Shown piece by piece: positions 25,201-34,426 of a DNA stretch of 64,000 nucleotides. The stretch's first letter is position 1. The number at the start of each line of letters is the position of its first letter. The notes beneath the pieces were generated by a model. That model saw nothing but the letters and a program-made list of their open reading frames with translations, was not told the DNA's origin and made no database searches. Made by a program: the position numbers and the translations under genes. The DNA comes from Laetmonice hystrix (Eukaryota): assembly GCA_965235115.1 (NCBI GenBank), contig OZ249438.1, positions 12,400,001-12,464,000 on the forward strand. Reading direction: 5' to 3'.

Positions 25201-27978
25201 CGACTGTAGTTATAGAATTGATAATGTCAAAAAATTACTCTATGCTTATAAACGTGTACAGTTAACAAGATTTTGTCATATTTGTTCAAAAGACATAAAG
25301 AGTTAGGTGACTATCGAACGGGTTCCCTTTGTATCTTTTGGACAACCCCCCCACCCCCACTTTGGACAACCCCCCCACCCCCACCCCCCACCCAAACGAA
25401 AAAAAAACTCTTGTAAGGGGCATGTTGCCAAGTTAAGTGAATCGGGGAACAGCAACCTTAAGAGTACGCAGCAGTGAAGTATATGAAATGTTTGAAATAT
25501 TTAAACTGTTATGCGGGAGTTCCACCAGACGATTGGTACACTATTAATGTCCTGCTTCACTGTACCATTTGTCTGGCGAGGTGACTGCCAACACTATATG
25601 TACAGGAGGGAGCAGTAGAGTGTACAAACTAGAGTTGGCTTGAACAAAATACAGCACTGTGTGTGTGTGTTTGTTTGTTTGTTTTTTTTGTTTTTTTTGT
25701 TTTTTTTTGGGGGGGGGGGGGTGAGTGAGTGAGTAATGGTGGCATGATCCAAGACTATTTTCACGGCGAAAACAGAATAAAAAGACTGATTAGTGAGTGG
25801 GAGGGGGGGGGGGCTATTTTTCCCCGGGCCCGAACAGGAATATCCTCAAAGCACACAACATCCTGTCTGCCCAACAGTCCTAACGACAAGCCCGAACTAA
25901 GAGTCAGAAGTTCAACCTCCGACAAAAGTTCTAAAATCACTCCCGGTCTGACATGGCGATCAGAGTAAAATCCCCACACTCGAATAAAAGATGCTTCAGT
26001 GTCAAAGGACATTGACAGCCATGACATTCTGGAGGTGGCTCCCCCTTCAATAAAAACACATGGGTTAATCTAGAATGACCAATCCTGCGTCGAGTAAAAA
26101 CAATTTACCTTCGTTGGGTCAGGCCATGATGATACCGTTGGTTTACAACAGGACTGACCTGATATAATTTATTGTTTAGTTGTTCATCCCATTCAGCCTT
26201 CCACTTGTTTAAGCCCAGATGGTAGATCTGAGGCTGGGATTGGACATGGTTCAACGTCTCTACCAAGAGCCCTCTTGGCAGCTCTGTCAGTTCCCCCATT
26301 CTTTGCCACTGAACGGAGGCCCAATGCATTCCCATACTTCATGTCATGTGATATTTACCAAAGTTTATTTCAATGGATTCATAACACTATTCATAACAAT
26401 TGTTTCTTCACTATATATATATCCCCCCCCCCCCGCCTCCTTGATGTAGCGTCAATTCCTCCCTTCGGTGTACTTTGTGGGAAGGCTCCAGAAGAGCTCT
26501 CAATGAAAAAGAAATCCCCCCAAAAAACAAATCAGGGGGACCGCCCCCCCCCCGGTCGGGGTCAGCAATGATCAGACCTTATTCACTACATCGGTGTTGA
26601 TTGCCAATAGTCGGAGGTTTACGCATTCTTCAGGGACGAGAAATATGTAAGTTGGGATGGCCACGGAATGTGAGGTACATTCTCCAGTGATGTGTCGACC
26701 TGCAACCATTGTATTGGTTTTCATATTCGGCGGTGGTGTGTGTGTGTGGTAGGGGGGTGGGGGTCGGGGGGCGTGGCAGGGCAGGTATCGATGTCTTCAC
26801 AGCTGTCGGTGTCAGAGTTACGTGGGGTCTAACTGGTGACGACAGACCGTAATGTACAAATGTAGCTCAAGTTCTGGCTGCGCTGCTGAAAGGTAGCGAA
26901 TTCTTTTAGAAAAAAACGCTAACCCGACTTCAGTGACGGACCGTTGAAATGGTTTTCTGCCAGAACTGTAGAGGAAACGGCTCAAGATACTGGGCAGTCA
27001 TGATCTTTAGTATATGAGATCTTTAAATGCCAAATAAAAAAATCGGCGTTATGGGTAGAATATTTGCCAGACAGCGGTTGCCATTTTTCGGTTTGAAGCA
27101 TAGGCCCTCGTGATAGATGGCGGACCTAGCAACAAACTTTGGCCTCTCCGCAGTCTTTGGCGCTATTTCTGCCCCTGGCTATTTGAAAGCCTCGCAAAAT
27201 ATAGCCAAGGTTGCCGTAGTTGTGACATTGGCCTTATAGTGATGGAACTAGTACATTGGTCTATGCCGATGAGTTACACAAGAGCTAAGCGGCAAGGCAG
27301 GTGGCAAACGAGTGTTGTGACATGACGTTTCTGACGTTAACAAGCCTGACTACACGAAAGAAGAGTTCAGAGATATCAAGAGGGTGTCTATCAACTCGGC
27401 TCGGGCTGGCTGACGTCAATCGCACACACTCAGCTGGCTGAGAGGTGATGTAAATACTTCATGCCAAGGTAGCTGTCGGGGTGGAGTTTTTTTTTTTACC
27501 GAGGTTAGTGTCTGAAGGTTGGTTCCATCCACTGTCAACTTGGCAGATTATAAGAAATATTTTCATGTGTTTTTGGTTGTTTGCTTCTGAACCACAAAAC
27601 GAAAAATAGCCTATTTCTGTGTTTTTTTTTATATCTTTTCTTTTTAAGGCTTTGAGGAGAAGGAAGTACTTAAAATGTTCACAGCTATGTACATTTAATT
27701 TCAGTGGACTTAACCTTCGGTTCCCTGGGGTCCCTTGAAAATTATTTTTCCTATAAGGACTGAGACCCATCCAGAGAGACCACTCCTGGTTTGAAATACA
27801 AAGCCTGTTTCTGCTTGTAGAGTCCAAAACTATTGTGGACGGATCAGCACCGGCAGTGGATGAGGAGGCTGAGATGGAGGTGAGGCGTGAACTTCACCTC
27901 CTCCGACACCAGTCGGTGGAGGACCAGCCCCCGTCGTCACCACAGGACCCCATCACTACGCCCCACACCGAGCTGTGA
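13239..27978 (+). CDS. TXNDC16: Thioredoxin domain-containing protein 16 (ERp90)-like ER protein, 20 exons, 846 aa, signal peptide and C-terminal HTEL
   Basis: Exons 13239-13422, 14456-14538, 16767-16852, 18536-18610, 19083-19204, 19644-19734, 19913-20063, 20308-20468, 20657-20738, 21315-21444, 21747-21923, 22450-22678, 22868-23004, 23147-23231, 23400-23541, 23732-23895, 24145-24235, 24521-24614, 24736-24834, 27821-27978 are all GT-AG and phase-compatible (2541 nt). Motifs match recalled TXNDC16: TFDVNSIMSNVL, HRVLMEVAFAYNTKYKFAITTE, QDDQVAEAV, VSMAFMRSY...DCFDWTDVCSKYNVTNYP, PEINTRNFP, EWKPLNPGYDFLQMID. No CxxC active site. The last exon is the least certain. Confidence 0.92.
14166..14406. 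mobile_element. Near-palindromic Kolobok-like MITE with TTAA TSD, 49 bp upstream of TXNDC16 exon 2
   Basis: TTAA|AGGTACGCTCTATTGAATTC...GAATTCAATAGAGCGTACCT|TTAA with ~95-bp imperfect arms. Confidence 0.85.
14645..16690 (-). mobile_element. 5'-truncated non-LTR retrotransposon (CR1/L2 group, Daphne/Crack-like) in TXNDC16 intron 2, antisense to the gene
   Basis: Open RT frame from ~16687 (GFNDYFVNVGPNLAKKI) to the stop at 15044, then a 3'UTR, AATAAA and a poly(A) tail (T-run at ~14645-14670 on +). No TSD identified. Confidence 0.92.
15044..16507 (-). CDS. LINE ORF2 reverse transcriptase domain and C-terminal region (no endonuclease; 5'-truncated, frame open to ~16687)
   Basis: RT motifs NYRPISILP.ISKIFE, FLDFSKAFDTV, GVPQGSILGPLLFLIYINDL, FADDS, KFLG with no internal stops. 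Confidence 0.93.
   Translation of the reverse strand: MNLDIFLTVSDLLLTPLTHIINLSFEEGIVPVELKTARVRPIFKNGDPHNFHNYRPISILPLISKIFERLIYNRLITYLDKHDILYKNQFGFRRKHSTELAVTYLVNYITEAFENREHVLGIFLDFSKAFDTVNFQILLNKLHHYGIRGTPLKWFENYLMNREQQVIFKNSISLNQNVLTGVPQGSILGPLLFLIYINDLPTVSKRFYFWMFADDSSLFLQGSSPVDLIVKANEELKLIINWLADNKLSLNTNKSKFILFSRKGTDPTIDVNVYIHNHQIQRVSVTKFLGFNIEEKLNWKSHINYISLKISKNFAILKKLIKTISRDNIRILYFSFIHPYLINGLSVWGSAGETILSPIIILQKKIIRLLTGSGRLDHTLPLFKSLNILPLDLQYKFVILVLIYKMNNNLLPSTFPELFQKNRNVKSRQTRQENDWYVPRSRTSYMEKSILVQLPRLGNIYAELFDHKCCITTFKRKLKSVLFSQKL
16862..17022. mobile_element. Perfect 161-bp palindromic MITE (80-bp arms, 1-nt centre)
   Basis: CAGGGGCCCGTCTCACTAAAGG...GGTTAC-T-GTAACC...CCTTTAGTGAGACGGGCCCCTG, centred at 16942. 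Confidence 0.9.
17451..18478 (-). mobile_element. Non-autonomous Helitron/Helentron (DINE-like) element
   Basis: On the minus strand it is flanked by TT on both sides. It starts with a 12-bp-stem hairpin (18450-18478), has the subterminal repeat ATCCCGTTCCTC at 17480-17491, a (CTA)n/(ATA)n microsatellite at ~18378-18420, and ends with the hairpin GATTGC-CT-GCAATC followed by CTAG (17451-17454). Confidence 0.65.
17658..17742 (-). pseudogene. tRNA-like Pol III cassette (degenerate tRNA/SINE head) inside the Helentron-like element
   Basis: A-box TGGCTCAGTGG (17725-17735), B-box GGTTCGAATCC (17682-17692) and a T11 terminator (17658-17668). Acceptor and anticodon stems pair poorly. Confidence 0.65.
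18661..18837. mobile_element. Tc1/mariner-pogo-type MITE with TA TSD
   Basis: TA|CAGTCAGACCTCGTTTATCCG...CAGATTAAAGAGGTCTGGCTG|TA; TIRs match at 17/21. Confidence 0.8.
21911..22285 (+). repeat. 25-bp minisatellite, 15 copies, starting inside TXNDC16 exon 11 and containing its 5' splice site
   Basis: Unit TTCTATGTTACCT|GTAAGTYACTAC. The first three copies carry C, the rest T, and one copy has ACCA. Confidence 0.97.
25950..26320 (-). mobile_element. Decayed I/Nimb-clade LINE ORF2 3' fragment (RNase H end and CCHC knuckle)
   Basis: Frameshifted or stop-interrupted peptides TDRAAKRALGRDVEPCPIPASDL, WKAEWDEQLNNKLYQVSP and RIGHSRLTHVFLLKGEPPPECHGCQCPLTLKHLLFEC match the recalled C-terminus of I-group ORF2. 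Confidence 0.75.
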
Positions 27979-28585
27979 ACCTACATCAGTCGGTGGAGGA
28001 CTCTCCACCGTCGTCACCACAGGACCCCATCGCTACGCCCCACACCGAGCTGTGACCTGACATCAGTCGGTGGAGGACCAGCCCCCGCCGTCACCACAGG
28101 ACCCCATCACTACGCCCCACACCGAGCTGTGAACCTACATCAGTCGGCGGAGGACTCTCCACCGTCGTCACCACAGGACCCCATCACTACGCCCCACACC
28201 GAGCTGTCAACCTACATCAGTCGGTGGAGGACCAGCCCCCGTCGTCACCACAGGACCCCATCACTACGCCCCACACTGAGCTGTGAACCTACATCAGTCG
28301 GTGGAGGACCAGCCCCCGTCGTCACCACAGGACCCCATCACTACGCCCTACACCGAGCTGTGAATCTACACCAGTCGGTGGAGGACTCTCCACCGTTGTC
28401 ACCGCAGGACCCCAATGGTCCAACCCAAACGGAGCAGTGAAACGACATGAGTCGGCGTCCTCCACCGTCGTCACCACAGGACCCCATCCCTACGCTCCAC
28501 ACCGAGCTGTGAACATCAGTCGGTGGAGGACTCTCCACGGTTGTCACCACAGGACCCCATCACTACGCCCCACACCGAGCTGTAA
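27905..28585 (+). repeat. 77-bp tandem array (9 copies) duplicating the last ~24 codons and stop codon of TXNDC16
   Basis: Units end at 27978, 28055, 28132, 28209, 28286, 28363, 28440, 28512 and 28585. Core: CATCAGTCGGTGGAGGAC...CAGGACCCCATCACTACGCCCCACACCGAGCTGTGA. Confidence 0.95.
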
Positions 28586-28776
28586 ATATCATAATCAAAC
28601 AGTATATCTAACAGTCTATATATAATATCTGTGAATCATTCAGAGGTTGTGACCAGGGAGAAGTAAACCACAAGAGAAAGGCAGCGCGAGGTTGGTTGGT
28701 TTTACACACACACTTCAGATTTAGCATTGCCCAAAAGGAAGAAACAGAATCTCAATTTTGAATGACTTATGTTTAA

Positions 28777-29108
28777 AGGGGCTCCGTCAATTAAAAGTCG
28801 CAAAATCGACCCCTCTCATATTAAACAACCTGGATTTACTTGCAATCTCGTAATAAATTGGAAGCAAAACAACTGCGCCTGTAGTTGTAATACGGAGCAG
28901 CGTGTGCCATCCTTCGCTCCATGCTCCACGTCATCATCGCAGTGCCGGCTTGCCATGGCGGTGGTTTGTAAACTCCACGCACGGTGCTCGGGCGACTGAA
29001 CTTGTAATTTTCTTACATTTATTGCCATTATTTGATCGCAATATTTAAATATCATGTTGTTAGGGATGAAAGGTGCGTTTCATATTCGGGGGAATTGACG
29101 GGGTCCCT
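28777..29108. mobile_element. Kolobok-like MITE with TTAA TSD
   Basis: TTAA|AGGGGCTCCGTCAATT...AATTGACGGGGTCCCT|TTAA; TIRs match at 14/16. Confidence 0.75.
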
Positions 29109-31233
29109 TTAAGGATAAACTTAGATAATAGGCCTATATGTAAATTTCCACCTTTTTCATTTTCTTTTTTTTTCCTGTCTGTGTTTTTCCAAGAACTCCA
29201 TGGAGATTAAAATATATCTATATTATCTGCCACATGCATCATTATAGTTTGGCAATAACTTGGAAAAACTGGGTTTATGTCTGTAAGTAAATTCTAGTGG
29301 ACCACAGATTGTATGCTAGCAGACCGATTGATGGTATAGAGATAAGATTGGTACCAGTACCAGAGGAGTGGTTTCTAACGAGCCATCTTAAATTATTAAT
29401 TACCAAGATTAAAACATACGTAGAGCTAAGTATTCCCACCCTTGATGCATCGGTTTCTAAACAACGCATTTATTTGCTTTAGTGTAATATATAAACACAT
29501 CGTCTGTCTGGCGTTAATATATAATTTATACAACTACAGTAAAACTGGTATATTTGGCTTACAAGAACTCTTGGAGTATTTGTGGTCGGCTTACAGTTAG
29601 GATGCTTGTATTGACTGATAAATCAAAAAGGGTATTGGATAGTTTGTCAGGAAACGAGCCAATTGAGTTGTGAAGTTTGGCGGTTTTTTTTTTAAGGGGT
29701 TCTTTTTTTTTGGGGGGGGGGGGGGGGCTATTGACTTAATCACTGCCAGAGTGTTTTACACAGGTATTTAGTAAAGTGTGCATTGTTGTAAGTGTTAGAT
29801 TGCCTTGCGGTTAATTAAGTATGGAATACTAGAGAAAGTTTGAATTTATTGTTTTATATATTATATATATATGAAGAAGATATATATGTATAAAAAGGAT
29901 GTAAAAAGAAATATGATAAATTCTATAAACATTCCACATAGAAATTTCAGTACAGCCAAAAAGTCTTTAGGCTTTAAAATACAAGATTGTTTGTCTTATC
30001 AGTTTAGGATATGTCTCGGGGTGTTTCTTCGATTGGTAATAACATTCCGGTAATAATATTTATTTTTATTTAAGTTATTGTCAACAATTGAAAATATTAA
30101 ATTCTGCTCTGAGAATGACCGTAATTCTGCTATCATTATCTACTTGGTCTAGGAGAGAATGCCCCAGCCCCAGGGAGGCCAAACGTATTGTCTCATCCTG
30201 TCGCTATATGACCTCAAGATAAAGATAACATAACCAGTTTATTGCTGGATAGATAAAAGTCTATTTTCAGGCCACAGGCTCTCTACACAGATATAATATT
30301 ATTATTGTAATGACGTTGTTTACTGTTATATTATTGCTATAATGTGGCTATCTTTACATTATAAAGAACTCTTTGTGCTGACATTGTGCTTGTCAAAAAT
30401 GGTGGCATAGGAAAACGCAGAGAACCACTGGATAATAAAATGACTGCAGACCAGACCTGGTTTATGTGGATATTTGATTTCTTCCCAGCTTAGCTTCTGT
30501 CCCATTCACACAGCGGCCGATACCAGTGCCAACAGCCCATCGACGTCGGTGGCAAGGTCTAAGTTGGGTTATTCCCCAATAATAACTTCCTCACAATTTT
30601 CGAGTTAAGGTCAGGCATATAGAGATGAGATAAGGATATGTTTTTGGAAGGTGTATGGACCGGGGTTAGGGGTTAGATATAAGGTCAGGGCTATGGATCG
30701 TTACTCTCGCCCACATTTCGTGCGGTTTAAGTTATCACGGGCGATGTACGGTCTCCAAAAACATGGGCCGCTGTGTGAATCTGGTATAACCGTTGTACAG
30801 TCAACCCCGGCTGTAACGGCCCCGGGCGTGCTATCACCAAGACTTGTGCACCTATCAGTTGTATCTCACTGTACACCATTATAACCCCAGTATACGGCCC
30901 CCTGCTATCAACTGCTAACGTATTGTCTGGTACATTGCTATACTAATTCATTACAAAATACCCCTTGATACCGCTAGGGCTAATATCATTCCAGAGTCAG
31001 TCCCGTCAAGGTGGACCCTTACCGTTCACACCTGAGCATGACGAACCCTAGGGGGGTAGACGCCCATTAAAGCAACTGCTGTTATGGAGTATGACGCTCG
31101 GTTTAATGATACACGTACATCAATTTATAGAAATGTTCTAATATGATCATTCAGATTTAGAAACGGGCATATCCAGATATTGGGTACAAAATGATATAAC
31201 AATATTCGTCCCAAAGGATCAGGTCGAGGTAAA

Positions 31234-33264
31234 CAGTTAGTGGAGTATAGACTAATGGGGTCTGACTGTATTGGCGCCAAGTCCCGCTATAACACCAAAC
31301 TTGCAGTTAGTGGAGCATAGACTAATGGGGTCTGACTGTATTGGCGCCAAGTCCCGTTATAACACCAAACTTGTAGTTAGTGGAGTATAGACTAATGGGG
31401 TCTGACTGTATTGGTGCCAAGTCCCGCTATAACACCAAACTTGCAGTTAGTGGAGCATAGACTAATGGGGTCTGACTGTATTGGCGCCAAGTCCCGTTAT
31501 AACACCAAACTTGCAGTTAGTGGAGTATAGACTAATGGGGTCTGACTGTATTGGCGCCAAGTCCCGTTATAACGCCAAACTTGCAGTTAGTGGAGTATAG
31601 ACTAATGGGGTCTGACTGTATTGGCGCCAAGTCCCGCTATAACACCAAACTTGCAGTTAGTGGAGTATAGACTAATGGGGTCTGACTGTATTGGTGCCAA
31701 GTCCCCTTATAACGCCAAACTTGCAGTTAGTGGAGCATAGACTAAAACACCAAACTTGCAGTTAGTGGAGCATAGACTAATGAGGTCTGACTGTATTGGC
31801 GCCAAGTCCCGCTATAACACCAAACTTGCAGTTAGTGGAGTATAGACTAATGGGGTCTGACTGTATTGGTGCCAAGTCCCGTTATAACGCCAAACTTGTA
31901 GTTAGTGGAGTATAGACTAATGGGGTCTGACTGTATTGGCGCCAAGTCCCGCTATAACACCAAACTTGCAGTTAGTGGAGCATAGACTAATGGGGTCTGA
32001 CTGTATTGGCGCCAAGTCCCGTTATAACGCCAAACTTGCAGTTAGTGGAGCATAGACTAAAACACCAAACTTGCAGTTAGTGGAGCATAGACTAATGAGG
32101 TCTGACTGTATTGGCGCCAAGTCCCGCTATAACACCAAACTTGCAGTTAGTGGAGCATAGACTAATGGGGTCTGACTGTATTGGCGCCAAGTCCCGTTAT
32201 AACACCAAACTTGTAGTTAGTGGAGTATAGACTAATGAGGTCTGACTGTATTGGCGCCAAGTCCCGTTATAACACCAAACTTGTAGTTAGTGGAGTATAG
32301 ACTAATGAGGTCTGACTGTATTGGCGCCAAGTCCCGCTATAACACCAAACTTGCAGTTAGTGGAGTATAGACTAATGGGGTCTGACTGTATTGGTGCCAA
32401 GTCCCGTTATAACGCCAAACTTGTAGTTAGTGGAGTATAGACTAATGGGGTCTGACTGTATTGGCGCCAAGTCCCGTTATAACGCCAAACTTGCAGTTAG
32501 TGGAGCATAGACTAATGGGGTCTGACTGTATTGGCGCCAAGTCCCGCTATAACACCAAACTTGCAGTTAGTGGAGCATAGACTAATGGGGTCTGACTGTA
32601 TTGGTGCCAAGTCCCGTTGGTGTTCGCCAAACTTGCAGTTAGTGGAGTATAGACTAATGGGGTCTGACTGTATCGGTGCCAAGTCCCGTTATAACGCCAA
32701 ACTTGCAGTTAGTGGAGTATAGACTAATGGGGTCTGACTGTATTGGCGCCAAGTCCCGTTATAACGCCAAACTTGCAGTTAGTGGAGTATAGACTAATGG
32801 GGTCTAACTGTATTGGTGCCAAGTCCCGTTATAACACCAAACTTGTAGTTAGTGGAGTATAGACTAATGGGGTCTGACTGTATTGGCGCCAAGTCCCGTT
32901 ATAACACCAAACTTGCAGGTAGTGGAGTATAGACTAATGGGGTCTGACTGTATTGGCGCCAAGTCCCGTTATAACACCAAACTTGCAGTTAGTGGAGTAT
33001 AGACTAATGGGGTCTGACTGTATTGGCGCCAAGTCCCGTTATAACACCAAACTTGCAGGTAGTGGAGTATAGACTAATGGGGTCTGACTGTATTGGCGCC
33101 AAGTCCCGCTATAACACCAAACTTGCAGTTAGTGGAGTATAGACTAATGGGGTCTGACTGTATTGGCGCCAAGTCCCGTTATAACACCAAACTTGCAGTT
33201 AGTGGAGTATAGACTAATGGGGTCTGACTGTATTGGCGCCAAGTCCCGCTATAACACCAAACTT
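31234..33264. repeat. 70-bp satellite, ~28 full and 2 half units
   Basis: Unit GCAGTTAGTGGAGTATAGACTAATGGGGTCTGACTGTATTGGCGCCAAGTCCCGYTATAACRCCAAACTT. No unique spacers. Confidence 0.97.
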
Positions 33265-33387
33265 GTTATAATGCCAAGATTTGACAGGTCCCGAAGTTGG
33301 CATTATAACGGGGGGAGGGGGATTATATCGAAGCCCGATACGTAACTGACCCATCTATCTGCTTGAATCAGACTAGAATAGTTTATA

Positions 33388-34067
33388 TGATACGGAATAT
33401 CAGACTGTTACCTCTTTGTTCTGATACGGAATATCAGACTGTTACCTCTTTGTTCTGATACGGAATATCAGACTGTTACCTCTTTGTTCTGATACGGAAT
33501 ATCAGACTGTTACCTCTTTGTTCTGATACGGAATATCAGACTGTTACCTCTTTGTTCTGATACGGAATATCAGACTGTTACCTCTTTGTTCTGATACGGA
33601 ATATCAGACTGTTACCTCTTTGTTCTGATACGGAATATCAGACTGTTACCTCTTTGTTCTGATACGGAATATCAGACTGTTACGTCTTTGTTCTGATACG
33701 GAATATCAGACTGTTACCTCTTTGTTCTGATACGGAATATCAGACTGTTACCTCCTTGTTCTGATACGGAATATCAGACTGTTACCTCTTTGTTCCGATA
33801 CGGAATATCAGACTGTTACGTCTTTGTTCTGATACGGAATATCAGACTGTTACCTCTTTGTTCTGATACGGAATATCAGACTGTTACCTCCTTGTTCTGA
33901 TACGGAATATCAGACTGTTACCTCTTTGTTCTGATACGGAATATCAGACTGTTACCTCTTTGTTCCGATACGGAATATCAGACTGTTACGTCTTTGTTCT
34001 GATACGGAATATCAGACTGTTACGTCTTTGTTCTGATACGGAATATCAGACTGTTACCGCTTTGTTC
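33388..34067. repeat. 34-bp minisatellite, 20 copies
   Basis: Unit TGATACGGAATATCAGACTGTTACCTCTTTGTTC; copies are near-identical and directly adjacent. Confidence 0.97.
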
Positions 34068-34426
34068 CAGTAGTACTCGGCGTAACAGGGCATCTATATA
34101 CACTTCCCCACAAGTTCGCCATTATCATGCCATAATTCACGATAATAATTCGATCCAGACATGAACAGTACGCCGAGTACAGGGTGTTTCACAACTACGG
34201 ACCCATGGTGAGAGGGACACTTTTTATCCTCCGGACTCTGACGCGCGTATTTTATACTTCAATTAAAAAAGATCGGGGTCAGTGAAGAAGAAGAGGGAAA
34301 GACAAGAGGTGGACTGAAGACTAAAGATTTTATTTTACACGAATCACCATTTTTGAGAGACCCTATACACGCGGGTCCATAGTGTGAAAGTCGAAAACGT
34401 AGTCCGTCTTTTCATGTGCGATAACT

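Noticed and set aside
31234-34067. 70-bp and 34-bp arrays as CRISPR arrays
   Set aside because: The units are directly adjacent with no unique spacers, there are no cas genes and the context is eukaryotic.
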